A stretch of 64,000 bases of DNA. Source: Nemertoderma westbladi (lineage: Eukaryota > Animalia > Xenacoelomorpha). Positions within the stretch are counted from its first letter, which is position 1. Each line of letters starts with the position of its first letter. The translations under genes were made by a program, and so were the position numbers. Under the pieces are notes generated by a model that had not been told where the DNA came from, did not search any database, and saw only the letters and a program-made list of their open reading frames with translations. The stretch is from contig JAUCBJ010007265.1 in NCBI GenBank assembly GCA_032718475.1, forward strand, positions 1 to 64,000, written 5' to 3'. Shown piece after piece: positions 12,803 to 27,572 of the stretch.

Positions 12803-15800
12803 GCATTTAAAGCCAACAAACTTTTAATCCGCGGTATACGTACCGATTACCCAGAGGACTGTCCAACAGATTTAGGTTACATTGTTAAACCGTCTGTAGT
12901 TGTCTGTCCAAAGCAAGGATTGTGTGTAGCTTTTTGTAGGGGCCATAAAGATGCTGAACACGAATATATACACGTACCCAAACACCCTAGACAAGACCCA
13001 CTACAATATCCTGACAGACTTGCACCAGCGACAGTGACACCAAATATAGTTAGGGACACAAATATTGGACAATGTACTAGTAGTTTACCTGTAGTGAAGG
13101 AAATAGGAGGATACCATGGGATTAGTAGTACTTCACTTACACCAATGACAGAGTACAATATACCCGATAACCGCCTGTTCTCTGATGAGAGACTTGTTCT
13201 AGAACAGATACCAGACATTTTACACTGTACTCTTAATAATCAAGTGTTGGGGGAACATTGGGCTAAGGAAGTTTTAACATATATCCAGAGGATTTAGTAG
13301 AGCTTTGCATGAAGGGAGCAACATATGTACCGATAGGGGGGGGGGGGGGGGGGGGGGGGGCATACCGACAGTGGCAGGATTATGTAAAATTAGATAAAGG
13401 TAAGAAAGACGGACATAAAGACTATGCAGACAGACAGACACGGAGCTGACTCTTTCCAAATAAGTTTAAACCCTATGCTATCACTTACATCTTCATCAGT
13501 TCAACTTCTTGCACATTCACCACCCATGTATAATTTACTAATCTCCAACAAAGACAAGGACAAATATACCAAACTTTTACTGGACACTACCCTTAAAGAC
13601 GAAACAGAAGTTACACTCAGTGAGCGCGTTTTAAATCAGATGAACTTACGTGCCCGGGTCACGTTTTAAATCAGCATGGTTTAACAGCACTACAAAAAGC
13701 TACCACAATCCTTAGTAATACTATACCGAGGGTTCAAATGAGGGATAATTTAGGTCAACCAAAAGGGGGCGAAGTATAAATATTTATTAGAAATCGATGC
13801 TACAGACGGTTTAATTATAATCTAATAGTTTTTAATGGTTAGGGGGTGCTGATAATTTACTAATGAAATGATGGGGAATATTATGTGCAGGCTGTAGGTA
13901 GTAACGAGGGTATACTATTTAGGTGGGGTGAAGATTATTTTTTTAAGATACTTTGGGAAACAAATTTAAGGACAATTTAAATACATCAAATATTTTAAAA
14001 CATTTCTCCTACATACTCTTTTGTAAATTAACATCTGGGGATGGGCCTGATAAAATTAAAGAACTTACCAACCTAGCTGGTCAATCAAAATTAAAGTGCA
14101 ATCTGCACCCAGACAATTATTTAGTAAAGTTACCGTTAATCGACAACAACCACCCATTATTATTGAAGGGCGTACTAAAACTGCTCGGTACAAGTGTCCA
14201 CATGGAATCCAACTGTTCGACTGCCCAGTTTCCCTTTGCTACACCCACGCTAAACCGCTCATTCTGCTCCCACATGAGACCCTGGTTAACACGCCAAGTC
14301 TGCAGCAAATGAACCGTGTTACTCAACAAGCCGACCAACCTCTGGACGAAGAGATTAGGGACAGCGAGGAGGAGGTGTTAGGGAGATTCATCGACCAACC
14401 AGACCAAGATGTTCTCCACTACATCGAGCTACTCGACCGCATTATTGGTCTCGTTGGAGCCCACGCACAGTCTGAGGTACCATCCGATGCATCCACTCTC
14501 TTATCCAATCCTCAGAAAGTGCCCATCTACGATGTCAATATCTCAGTCCACATTCTCCTCAACCAACAGCTGGGAACATTGTGCCGAGCCTATACACCCT
14601 ATGCTCAATCTAATTTTAATAGACTGCTAAGCCATATTATTTCACTAAACACTGATGTTACTGTGCCATTGTTACAAATTGAGGGCATTCTTTTTCCACG
14701 TATTTTTTGGGCAATGAAAAACGAGTCTGTTTTGGGGGCTCTGCCATCTGTGCTCTTTACAAACAGGGGTACAAACAGAAGGGGGGTGGCGACCCTAGAG
14801 GACCATTTAGATATTAGGTTAAGGGATGGGAGTTTGCATACCTCTATATGTCTGCCTTATTTATGTAGGGTTTGTTTTTGATGTTCTACTTAACCGGCAG
14901 TTAGTTCTTACTAAAGGGCTTGAGTTTCTAACCAAGAGGACTGCTGAGTTTAAGTTGCAAGAAAGTAAGATAAATTTTGACGAGGCAGATTCTCGTAGAA
15001 AATTAAAGGAACTCGCAGCCCTGACGAGGGAGGCGCCCTGTGATTACTTTGTCACATTCACTTGTAATGATTCAGAAACACCAGGCTTCGCCCCTCTTTA
15101 TAATATAATTAAAGAAGTGTTCGGCCATACCGAGTTTTTCCAAGAGAAACTCGAAAGTTACGGTGTGCGTCTAGCCCAGGCTTGGCATCGGACTGTAAGC
15201 AATGATGAAAACTGGATCCAATACAGTCCCCACAAGAGCCAATGGGCAAAATTAAAAGGATATGTTGGAGGTATGAATTCCAAAGCCAAAGTTCTCCGGG
15301 TAACAAACCCCATATGGGGCTATCCTTACATCCGGGTGAAACCCCTCTAGATCATCAGAAACGTGTTTGCTGCTAATCCAAGAGTTTGTTCCACGAATAT
15401 TTTAATACAGATGACGCAACACAATTAAGGGATGGGCTCATTAGGGATTTTAATGATTATGGGGAGTTTTTAAATAAATTTCAACTTTTTCAGACTCACG
15501 ATTGCAAAAAAGCGCGCGGGGGGGGGCGTTGCAAAAAACGAACTGACAGTGATGGGAAGTTTATTTGTAGATACAAAAAATATCCAGATTCTGGGAAGTA
15601 TGGTTTTATAGAACACGAAAACTTATATACAGAAAAAACTTTCGATAAATTTGTAGATCTAGGATTGGCAGGATACAGGAATGACGATGTGACAGACCCT
15701 TTGTTGAACCCATTGTTTATTGCTGGAATACACACTTACCCAGCAATGGGCTCTGAGTTTTTCACACTGACGGTACCGCGTTTGTTTGTTATTATGCGAG

Positions 15801-16217
15801 CTGCTGGCAATGTGCAAGTAGTTAATTCGCGATTCCAAAAATCGTATTTATTAAAATACGCTGCCGGGAAAGAATAACATAAAAAGCATATTGTTAAGGA
15901 AACAAAGGAACCCGGGGTGTTTGAGGGGGGAGCGAGGGGGCAGTTCAATGAAAAAAGTGGCAGAATAAAAAAGGGAGAAAAAAAATACTGGGTACATGAC
16001 TCGTAATATCAGTGTTTATGAAACAATATGGCATTGCTTAGATTTCGAATATTTCTATACAAATGTTGACTTCACCCACATCACGACCTTAGCCCCTGAA
16101 AATAGACCGGCTGTAGTCAACGAATTTCCTTGGCAGAAAATAAAGAAACTAGTTGATGAAAACCAATCACTAGTTTCAATTACTAGACGTGAAAATTTAG
16201 CCCCTCTCTACCCTTAG
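12803..16217 (+). pseudogene. Helitron RepHel N-terminal region and HUH Rep domain, frameshifted
   Basis: Successive frames give EGILFPRIFW, YFVTFTCND (motif 1), WRYEFQSQSSPGNKP (degenerate HUH motif 2), THDCKK...CRYKKYP, YLLKYAAG (YxxKY motif 3) and RNISVYETIWHCL. Confidence 0.8.
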
Positions 16218-16698
16218 AGCTTTTTGTACACCCATCTATGGAAACACCTTATGGGCAAGACGGAATTATTCTGAATTAGCTTATAATAAGTTGCGTGTAG
16301 CTTATAATAAATAACTCCGCTAGAATGCTCTTTAAAATACCTCGGATGACTAATGGCGAACCAACAAGTATATCTGTATCATTTGGTACACTTAATATCT
16401 TACCTATATAATTTTAATACTTTTCAAGCCCTATATTTTTTACTCATTATAATATTAATTTCATAAAAGGTGAAATATAATAAGTGTCAGTGAAAGCGAA
16501 AAGGTACCTTAAGGTGAAAATATCATTTTGAGAAAAACCCAATTTATGAAAAAAATACACTCTCAAAACAAATTTTTCAATGATTTGATTTTCAGTGGGA
16601 TATATGCAGTAATTTAAGATAAGTTAAATGCAGGTTTTGCAGTAATTGCTAATACTGTAATCCTAATACTAATCTAATACCCTACAAATAAATGAATC

Positions 16699-17110
16699 AT
16701 GGACCGCATAAACATAAGTGGGAATTAACCACATATTTCCATTTTCAACAGTACCGGTACTGATTCGGGTCGAGGTCGTGGGCATGGGTGGGGCCGTCGT
16801 GGGCGGCGATTCCGCCCATACACTGCCCCCCCCCCCCCCCCCCCCCTGTCGACCATGCTTCTATCGACGTGGTACACCGGTGCCGCTGGCACCACCGGCA
16901 CCATCTCCCCCACCGCCGGCGCCATCCACGCCACCACCGGCCCCATCACCGCCGCCACTGAAGGTGGACTTTAATTTATTTATAATAATAGTTAAAAATT
17001 CTTGAATTATTATTAATGAACGCAAAGAAAAAGTGACAAATTTCTTCGAAATTAAATTTCATTAGTTTAGAAGACTTGAAACATCTTGCTCTACCCCGAG
17101 GCTCATCTCT
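16699..17110. repeat. Duplicated segment A (copy 2)
   Basis: Matches 10771-11305 with fewer internal repeats. Confidence 0.85.
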
Positions 17111-18705
17111 ATGAAACATGAAATTCGTTTTTAAGGGGCAGTGAAAAGAGACTTCATTATCCGTTATACAAAGTATTTGATCAATCAGCAATTTTTCTCA
17201 TGTGATGAGGAGACAAAAACAGGTTGCATTCTTTGTTTGGTATGTTTGAACATAGAGTAGATAGCAAAGCCTACTAAACTAATAAAATTGATAGAAATAA
17301 CGTACAGTGAGAAATAGGTGAGGGTATGGGACTATTATTATTTATATAACTGATAGAAATAACGTACAGTGAGAAATAGATTCTTTGACTATAGTATACT
17401 GGGTATATACTGAATTATTCACACCTACATAAAAGGTTACTCTATCCTTACGCTACCCCTTACGCTACCCCCCCCCCCCCCCCCCCCCATATGTAATCAA
17501 TTTATAGGACAATATGGATGTAAATTACATGGAATATTGAAAGAACTGGACAAATAACCTTTACATGAGGATGTAGTGAGGGACAGGTTGCTATGTCTAT
17601 CATATACAATATATGCTTCATAATAACCTGGTATACTCAAATATTGCCAGCTCAATATTGCAGAGCTCAACATAAGAGCAGTGCCTGTAATCATATTTCC
17701 ATTCATTTCTGTTATTATTCAAATTAATTACTACCAGACACAACTGCAATGGGAATTTGATTCCAACTGATAATTACCAGTCCAGTACCAGGCATATTAA
17801 CATTAATTATTAATTGCCAATCTGCCAGTCCGCCAGTAAGAGTCAGCTACAACTCCAATAATTTGAAAATTGTACTTGTACCGGTAGCATTAATTATTTA
17901 GTTGGCGTTACCATGTGTAACAGACTGACAGAACAGGTGGTTATTGCAGTATTGTGTGGATGTGCAGTGCACATGATTGCAACTATGCAATCAGGCAATG
18001 CAAGGAAAAAATATTAAATCAATAACAATTAGAAAGTCATTTCTAGTTAATTACATTTCGTTATATAGGCGAGGTATATGGCGAGGTATATAGAGTATTA
18101 AAGTAATATTTTTATTTATTTTATATTTATTTATTTATATTTGGTGTAGACTATCTGTAGCAAACTATACCAACAACCGGTACAACAAAATCCCTAATTA
18201 ACAAATTAACTGTAACCTCAGAATATGAGAATATATCCAGACCATCCTGGTGCCATTAATATAAGAATGAAGCGAAGGTACTGTAAATGTAGGAATGTGG
18301 AAATATGTTTTACATAGATCTTAGACCAATATAATAATAAATACCGCTAGGTCGACCTGCAACTAATTATTATTAAACATTGCCACCAATCAACTAATAG
18401 GATGTGAATGTCAACATATCGCTACAAGCTAACCAAGTAAGATTAATGGGAGGTTATTGAGTTTGTCTTCCCTGCTTGAACAATGGCTTATCCAATGAGA
18501 TGCAGTTTGGTGTAACTAACTAAAGCCAATATGGAGCCCGTTAAACACCCTTCATGGAATAGTGGTAAACCCGATACACAGGGAATACCAATATGGAGTG
18601 TCTGTCTATATCCTATTATCCTATGTGCTGGTTTATCTGAGGACATATGGGGGGTGAGCTACATAAAAGGTAGGCTTGATGTTAATACCAGGGTGGCCCG
18701 GCAGC

Positions 18706-18850
18706 ATATTTACAAACCCCATACCGTCTCGACTGAGGCAATGCTATTCAATCTAAAGGAAGAACCAATCAGAGTCCAGCAGATAATATAAATAACTGGT
18801 CCTGAGACGGTATGGGGTTTGGGATTACACCACTGACAAACCAACCCCAT
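18706..18850. mobile_element. Small palindromic MITE-like element; diverged inverted copy at ~19875-20028
   Basis: Internal inverted repeat aaaccccataccgtctc ... gagacggtatggggttt; reverse complement of 19951-20028 aligns with 18706-18783. Confidence 0.6.
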
Positions 18851-20489
18851 ACGATTGCGGCACTTTAATAAATAAATAAATTGTGCTATGAATGCTGTGA
18901 ATGAAAATATAATTAGTGGGAATATTGCCCTCGGCACATGGCATATGTTATTAGGGGAGATAATAGTGGAACTTTACTATGGTGCTTAATTCATGTTCTT
19001 TTATCAAGTAGAAACGGATATTTATTTATCGAAGAACAGTGCCTGTGAGTGGAAATTCTCGACAGATATTAATTAAACCATTTCCATTAATTATGGTCGT
19101 AAACCTTGCGTAATGCGATTCATAACATATCCATATGCGAATATGATGCTTAAAATTCAAATATAATATATGATCTCAATGCATATATTCTTCATTTCCA
19201 ACGGTGCACCGATTTTTGCTTTAGTGTAAAATGTTCTGGTGCAGTTCCTGATTTTGATGATATCATACGATTCTAACCCTGTCGCAGCAAAGTGTCAAAA
19301 ATGTAGGCTATATAGACAATCAATCCTGATAATATTTATTATACCTGTGTTCAAGGTAATTATTAAAAATTTTAAATAGAATTTAAGAATAGTATGAAAA
19401 ATAAATAATAATTTATTACAAGTATCGCCCATGTGAAGAATACCAGGATTTCACTTTTCGGTCGACTTTTTATTGGAATTTTATATAGGAAGATTTTTTA
19501 TTTTTTTAATTTATCTTTATTAAGTGTTTTATAGCGCTTATTTCTGTCTTATAACCTGTACATATACTATGCGTTTATTGTTTTGGTTAGATTAAGCCTT
19601 TCTGTAACTTGTGTTTTTGGTGAAAACCTGGTATTCTTCACATGGGGGTAACTGCAAAGTGAAATATAACGGCAGAAAGTCTGGTATTCTTCACATGGGC
19701 CAAAACCATCTTCATTATTATTATATATTTATATTTCCTGCTAATCTACACTCCAATTTGTTTTTTAGTCTGCACGGCACGGCACGCCACGCCCATTGCG
19801 CATTGCCCACATACATCTCCCAAAGTACTTCTTTATTTATTGTATCTTTTCCATTTAATAAGTGCCGACATCGCCTGGGCTGGGGTTTGGATGTGGTATA
19901 TTCCCAAACCCCATACGAGTTCACTGAGTGCACTGAGTTCCTTATCACAACTGCTGATCTCTGATTGGTTCTTAGTTCAGGTTGAATTACATTGCCAGTG
20001 CCGAGACTGTATGGGGTTTGTAAATATGGGGCCCGGCGGAATTGGATTTTGGGTGGAGTAATATTGCAAAATGCATAATATATTATCCAATTTAAACACA
20101 GCAGCTAAAATTAAAGAAAAAATGCCAGTTCGGTGTATATTGACTTCAAAACTTAATATAATTTACTCATTCTATAGTCTATATCTATAATCAGCCTGCG
20201 GCATTGCTGCTGCACATTGAGATGCTATGATGGCTTAATAATAATAGTTTTGTGCCGCCACCATGAAATTTTCAATTGGCTTGCGGTAATGCAGCGTGCA
20301 TTAAGAATCCTTTACAGTTCTACCTTGTAAGGGACAGGGTTGCAGTGGTGTGCTTTTATACCGTCAAGCGGGGTGACTTGGATAATTAGAAGGCCTTTAA
20401 TTGGATGTTTCCATAGCACCTTCAGGGGAACTGATTATGGCGGGAGTTTTGGTTTAGTGTAATCTGCTATGATAGAGTGTTCATTTCAT

Positions 20490-21470
20490 GTGTGGCTTTT
20501 AATATAAATGCTACTTAAATTATTTATGTAATATTACATATTATTTTATTACCTTTAACAAGGGATGTTACCACATACGTGAAAACAAGTTTTTTGCTCC
20601 AATCGTGTCTTTATGAATGAAATATTAAAAATTAGAAAGTTTCATGGGTGGCTTTTAATATTACATTCTAGTCAAATTTTTTATATTTCATCAAGACAAA
20701 ACTTATTTTCATGTATGTACATAATTGGGTCATAAACATCCTTTGTCAAAGGTAATAATATTTAGTATTACATAAATAGTTAAATAGCATTTAAATTAAA
20801 AGCCACCCATGACAATTTTTTTTTATATTTTATTTATCAAGACATGATTGGAGCAAAAAAACTTGTTTTCATGCATGTGGTTACATCCCTTGTTAAAGGT
20901 AATAATATTTAGCATTAGATAAATAATTAAATAGCATTTAAATTAAAAGCCACCTATGAAAATTTTTTTTTATATTTTATTTATCAAGACATGATTGGAG
21001 CAAAAACTTGTTTTCATGCATGTGGTTACAGCCCTTGTTAAAGGTAATAATATTTAGTATTAAATAAATAGTTAAATAGCATTTAAATTAAAAGCCACTC
21101 ATGAAATTTTTTTTTTTATATTTTATTTATCAAGACATGATTGGAGCAAAAAAAACTTGTTTTCATGCATGTGGTAACATCTTTTGTTAAAAGTAATAAT
21201 ATTTAGTATTAAATAAATAATTAATTAGCACTTAAATTAAAAGCCACCCATGAAATTTTAAAATTTTTATTTGTGTACAATGTGACAGCAATGGAGCAAA
21301 ATAAACCAGTCAATATGTTTGGGGAGTAAGTGTTAAAATTTAGTAATATTTAGTATTAAATAATTTCTTAAATAGTATTAATTTAAAAGCCACCCATGAA
21401 ATATTTTAATTTTTGTCAATTTTTACGTTAGTGGACCACTAAGCTCAAAAAAATTGTTTTCATGCACGGG
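20490..21470. repeat. Foldback-like arrangement of ~150-bp AT-rich repeats
   Basis: About five direct copies (taaaagccacccatgaa...ggagcaaaaaacttgttttcatg) at 20690-21470 and one inverted copy at ~20490-20660. Confidence 0.75.
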
Positions 21471-21549
21471 GTCCAAACTTTTCCAAAAACCCAGTTAAGC
21501 CCCACTGTAATCCCAGCTTGTCAACAAAGTGGTGCACCACAACACCGTA

Positions 21550-22075
21550 CCCCATGACTTTCGCAAGACTATCTGCATCTTAAAGGCCAGTATCCTTTAA
21601 AAGGCGTCTCACAAAAGTCATGGGCTGTCCGCCATGCCTATTTTCTCCATGGGGCTGCCAAAGTAAAAGATTGTGCACAGGCAGGTCCTCATGGTGAAAA
21701 CACTGTCCTGCAAAGTGGAGGTGGCTTTGTTCTAGTGTCAAGCTTGGGGAAACCAATGAGACACCTCCAATGTTATATCGTGTCTGGTTGGAGATATGTG
21801 CATTTTACTTGACATAGTGAAATAGTGAACCCGATGTAGCATTCTTGTGAATATGCCATCCAGATAATTGGCGTCATCAGCAGTTAGACCCCAGCATGAA
21901 CTCCCATAGAGGAGTACTGGAACTACTTCTTCTCTAATGCTGCCTATGCCTTTTCCTTTTTCGAAGGTCCTCACATGACTTCCAGATCCATGATCCCAGG
22001 TAACAGAAGTTGTCCATGTCTCCATGTCCAAGTTAACTGTCAAAATTTCGGTCTTCTTGGAGTTAACAAACGCTA
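21550..22075 (-). pseudogene. RTE-clade LINE 3' fragment
   Basis: PVLLYGSSCWGLT...LDGIFTRMLHRV; DNA similarity to 55790-55945 (agtcatgggctgtcc, gtcaagcttgggg.aaccaatgagacacct). Confidence 0.7.
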
Positions 22076-22489
22076 ATGGTTACGCTTATGGTTAATGCTA
22101 ACGCTCACGAGCCTTCTGGTCTCCTCTACTCGCTCGTTGCTGCTTCGTCGATCGACCTCGCCCCATGAAATGACTCAACGGTGATTTCGGTCTACATGGG
22201 CTAGGACTCCTGCGATGGGTTTTCTGCGGTTCTTGAACGCTAGGAAAAGGAACGACTGGCGTCTGACAAAGTCGTTGTGTGCTCAAACCAAGCAATCCTC
22301 ATCCAACTCCAGGTGTGTCTAATCGGATCGAATTTGGATGGAGTTTCGATAACGCTTTGAGGGAGTATGGGAAGCGGAATCGAACTATCTGCTGACACCT
22401 TACTCTCATTATTATTATTCAGTTCATTATTCGGTTATTATTCAGAAGATAAATTTAATAGTGAATTCTCTAACCTAAAAAAATCACCA

Positions 22490-23810
22490 TCGCTATCCAT
22501 TTTTTAGCTTGAACTGTAGGAGTCTTATCATCCAATTTATCCGCTATAACTGATGTATTATTGACCATCAAATCTCAATTTGACATTCTGACATTCACTG
22601 AAACCTTTGCAAGTGACGACGACTGTATTGACCCTATAAAACTGGACAAATGCGGCTCTGCTGACCCCTTTCTAGACAACAGGACCACTGGTAAACTCCA
22701 CAGAGGTGGCGCCGCGATTTATGTAAATAAATCACTTGACACGACCGAGCGGGTTGACCTAAAAATGCCGGGCCTTGAAAATTCATGGATCCAAGCCTCC
22801 CGCCCAAACTCAAAACCACTTATAATAGGCTCTATATACCGCCCCGATCCAGTCCATCTTGATACTTTTCTCCCTAGTCTAGAAACTACATTAAAGATTC
22901 TAACTGACCACAAATACGATGTAATAATTACAGGTGATTTTAACATAGATCTACTAAAAGCGATGGAACTCAAGCCCAAACAATATATAGATTAAATTAA
23001 TTCATATGGTTTCGTTCAGCTTATTAATCAACCCCCACGTGTAACTCCTTATTCCGAAAGTCTTATCGATCATATTATTACTAACATTACTACTTCATTC
23101 TCCTCGTCAGGTGTTTTTCAATTAAAAATAGGCACTACAGATCACTTTCCGACCTTCTTTTCTTTATTCAGTTCACTTTAATCCCCAAATAAACCGCACT
23201 GTCCTCTCGACTCTCTTGACCTTTCAAAATTTAACTCTCCAAAATTTTTGCGAGATATGAAATCACCATCTTCGTGGTCGTACTCATCACCAAATATATA
23301 AGAAAAATTTGTGTTTCTATAGCAACCTATCGGATATATGTACTAAACATATTACAAAAAAACAATCCCCACCCATAAAGTGCCGCGTAAACCTTGGATG
23401 ACCAATAATTTAATAAATTGCACAATTAAAAAAAATAAATTGTATAAGGCTTATATTAAGTGTCACCATCGGAGTCCAACCATAGAAAGTACAAAATTTA
23501 TAGGAATCAATTGACCTCAACTTTACGTTCAGCTGAGTAAACTTATTATTCAACGCAATTCAAACAAAACAGTAATAACCCTCGTAAAACTTGGATAATT
23601 ATAAATAGCGCACTCAATAAATCTACTAAATTAGCTACACCTAAAAAAATTAATATTCGTTCAGGCAGTGCTACAGAAACAGTTACTGATCCAACGCGTA
23701 TTGCAACCATCTTGAATAAGCACTTTTCTTCTATTGGTCCTACGCTGGCCAATGAAATCCCTCGGTCTATACGCTCACCACTTAGGCACATTAAAAATAG
23801 CAGATCTAAT
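22490..23810 (+). pseudogene. CR1/L2-like LINE ORF2 AP-endonuclease region, decayed
   Basis: LNCRSL, DILTFTET, RGGAAIYV, IGSIYRP, ITGDFNIDLL, then SLIDHII, TDHFP, KPWMT, KTWIIIN, HFSSIGPTLA, with stops and frameshifts. Confidence 0.85.
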
Positions 23811-24443
23811 TGGATAGTACTGTACTCGATCTGTACTCGAATCTGGACCGAACTGGACCGAACTGAACCGAACTGGATCGAAAGAGTGGCGAACTGGACC
23901 GAACTGCACCGCCAAAGGAAAGATAATCTAAAAACAACCATCCATGCAAACAGGTGAAAATTAATATTGAATTTCATTTGGTCTTTTCATACATTATATA
24001 TTTAGTTGCTTATAAGATGTCGCTAAATTAAGATTATTTACTTCACATAAAACACTGCTGTACTGCTTTTACCAGTAGGCCTACCGGTAGCAGGTATCTG
24101 GGTTTATAGATTGCAGTATTTTGCGTACCGGTAGTTGTGTTCAACTGTGAACTGTTCAATGCAGCAATGAAAGCAGTAATGTTTGATTATATTTTCTGCA
24201 CGGGGTCAGTCGGATCGTAATGCGGGCCACTGCCGAGTTTCTTACTCCATACTCCGAGCATGGAGTGCGGCGGGAAGAGTCAGACTTACGTCGACGTCGA
24301 CGAGGAATGCGATGCGATCTGGATTTAGCGGCGGACCGGATCGCCTTGGGGGAGGGCTGAACGGCTGCGTCTGACAGACGTGTATTGCACCAGATAACAG
24401 GATTACATTCTCTGCGGCGCGAAAGTGGGAGTCCAATTCCAAT

Positions 24444-27443
24444 TCAATAAATCGAATTGGGTCGGAAGTGCCTTCCGGTGTCACTGGCCAACATTGAAAT
24501 GCTGTGAGGTGGTTCGACATCCTTTGGATCTATGGGTAGGCTCGCAAACCTTCCGAGATCCTTGACCAGTGTCAAAACATTGTGGGGTGGCTCGACGATC
24601 TTTGGATCTATGGGTAGACTTGCAAGCCTTCCGAGAAACTCATTTGTCCTTGATACATCCACCATGTCAACCCTTTGGTCTTTGGTAGTCGATACGACCT
24701 GTCTCGCTGCAAGTAGCTGTAAGGTAGAGGTTTGTATGGTCTCGTCTAAGTCAGTCACGTCTGTGTCTGTAGTGACACAAGTCTGTTGGTGTACTGACTG
24801 TACAATAGGACCACAAGAATGTGAGGGAGAATTCATTAAAGTGATAGTTCATAAACTACACGTACTTAGTACATCATCATCATGGTCAATTACCTCTAGT
24901 GAACACACATGCGACCTCGTATACCAACCTATGGGAGTTCTACAAGCGTAAGGGTTGCCCACTGTTACTACAGATGGGCGTGTCTCCCATACTTGATGCA
25001 AGTTGAACTGGTCTGTCCCAATCAACATCGTGATAGAGCGATAGTTCACTGGACATTCTGGTATTCCGAGATGTCGGAAATACTTACAATCTTCCGGTGA
25101 ATGCTCTGGCACAGGACCAAGTAAATTACTAAAATCCTTTGTTGCCGCAAATGTAAGATTTCTTACTGGAAGTAACGAGCACTCCTCCTTACTGTGCTCC
25201 GCCTTAGAAAGAAGGGTATCCAAGGTTAACTTTACCCTTGTAACGGGTATCGGTTTCCGTTTATTATTCAATTATTCCCGTACTGAGGATGCCGATACTA
25301 TTTTCGTGGCAAATAGAGTTAACAATTTTAAAGCTATTTTATGTTCAAACATTTACTCGCTATATCACCGTGTACATAATTCTACTAATTCTATAATTGA
25401 AGCATGTTACTCAACTATTCTTCATTTTCCATTCTCAACTACTCAACTACTCAACGATTCTTCTATATTAATTGACCGATGGGTGTTACTGTTAGGTAAT
25501 TCAATCGCGTCCGCTTGAGGATTAATATTTATTTACCACGTTGTGTTTGTGATTACATAAATATAATATGTAAAGTAATCAATAATTGTGCTATTATGTA
25601 GGTAGTCATATATATATATATATGGGCCATGGCCCGGTTTCATAAATTAAATTAAATATAGTACTTACCTACTTACCTTACCTGCTAAAATCAGAGATGA
25701 ATTTGATCGTGGCTGTGTAACGGAATCCGGTATAACAAACCTGTTACTTTGAGTCGCACGCACAGGTGATATTTCTTTCGGCTTCGCAACTATAATAATA
25801 GGCTTTACTGGAGTCGTCGACTTGAGCATAGGAATAACTTGTGGAAACCGCTGACAATAGTCCTCGACGAATTCCTACCCCCGCTCCAACACTCCTATAC
25901 TTCCTTCTTCTATTCGCTTCTTGATTCCGCGATAGCGAGTCTCTAAGCGATCCAAAGCAGATAAATCGTGTCCAGCTCGAGATCTTATGGATCTATCTCT
26001 CGCGTCGAGTTCGAGGTACTCCTGAGCATTCACCAACTCTCGCGATCTGTGATTTAGTTCGAACTGGAGTTGTATCTCTCATTCGCATAGGTCGGTCTCC
26101 TGTTGTTGCGCCGCTAACTCCGCTTCCTGTACGGCCAAACGAGCTTTTATTTGTTGTACTTCTAGCTCGGCTCGAGTGTCAGATGCCACCTTTTTTTGCG
26201 CTAACTCGTCAGCTTTCTGTCGCGCTAACTTGTCTGCTTTCTGTCGCGCTAATGCCAACTCATTCACTTTCTGTCGAGCTATATCTTCTGTTTTCTGTCG
26301 CGCTAACTCCAACTCGCCTGCTTTCTGTCGAACAAACTCTTCTACTTTCTGTCACGGTAACTCAGCTGAAGCTGTCTGTCGCGCTATATCCTCCTCCAAT
26401 CTCCGCATCTCCGATGCTTCAAATTCGGCTTGGGCCTGGAGTTGAGCAATTTTCGCTACGTCCTCCCTACGTTGTCTCTCTCCCTCGACAGCAGCCAGTG
26501 CTGTCAGTAGTTGTGCCTCCTCTTCTGCAACTTGTTGTTGGTGTGCAGTCTCCTGTTGCTGCCGAGTAATCACTGACACTGGCCGACTAACGTCACCAGT
26601 CTCGCTTTGTAGGCTGACGAACGATCTATCCATGTGTGGGTTTTGGTAGGCTCGCGAGCCTTCTGTAGTGAGAACTCCTGTCGTTTCTCCCGGTACAACC
26701 TCCGGTTCATCAATCAGTACACCGTAACTACAGAGAAAGTCAGTAAGTGCTTCTAGCTTCCCATTCAGATAGTATAGTTCTTCGGGTTGTAACAAGACAG
26801 ACTGACTCACCTAACAGTTGATCGAGTTGTTCCCTTTGGGTCGATTTTACAACCAACTTAAACTGAATGAGACTTTCCCTAGTACTTACCAATTTATTTA
26901 TTATTTTGAGCTGGGTAAAATTGTCGCCATGTAACTCCGCTAATTCATGTAAACTTCGGAGTTTATTTACGGAGGTATGTACCCTACTTTCTACTCTTAC
27001 CTGTAGGGCATAAAACTCATATCTCGACATCGGAGCCGTTAATTCGCACATGATGCAAAAACCTTCTCCAATATTTTGAGTAATTTGAGCCATATGTCCT
27101 ATGCTCCTAATAATGTTCTTCTGGCTTCCAGTCAAACTTACCATGTCCTGTCCGGTTCCCGCGATCTGGTTTGCGGGATGATAAGGAAGTCTTCAGTTCT
27201 ACCGTCGCCTCGTGCTACAGCTTCCGGTATTTCCATTGGCAGTACCAGCGACATACGCGGTATGACATTGGCAGAATTGCGAGTCCTCCTTCTGGGTTCG
27301 TCTTCTGTTGATCTGTCTGCGTCACATGAGTCATAGTCGGTAGGTGGGTTTCTTGCAGAGTGTTGTGTGTCACTCATGTCGGTAATTAAATACGCCAAGT
27401 ACAGATAATAATAATTATCAAATGTCAAATGTCGAAATGTCAA
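24444..27443 (-). pseudogene. Decayed BEL/Pao-like gag-protease remnant (distinct from the element at 27.6-39.3 kb)
   Basis: Coiled-coil gag-like N-terminus (26079-26810) and post-protease motifs SITMLIGTD and YACRTPIGW (compare VSIIVGMD and AILTPFGW in the neighbouring element); no RT or integrase remains. Confidence 0.55.
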
Positions 27444-27572
27444 ACTTACCTTGGTATATATATATATACCAGAACCGGTACAAATAATATCTCAGAATAG
27501 TATATAATAATAATTGATAATTTAGCCTACCGGCTAAATCTGTACCAATAAGTGGGATAGCGGTTTACACTA

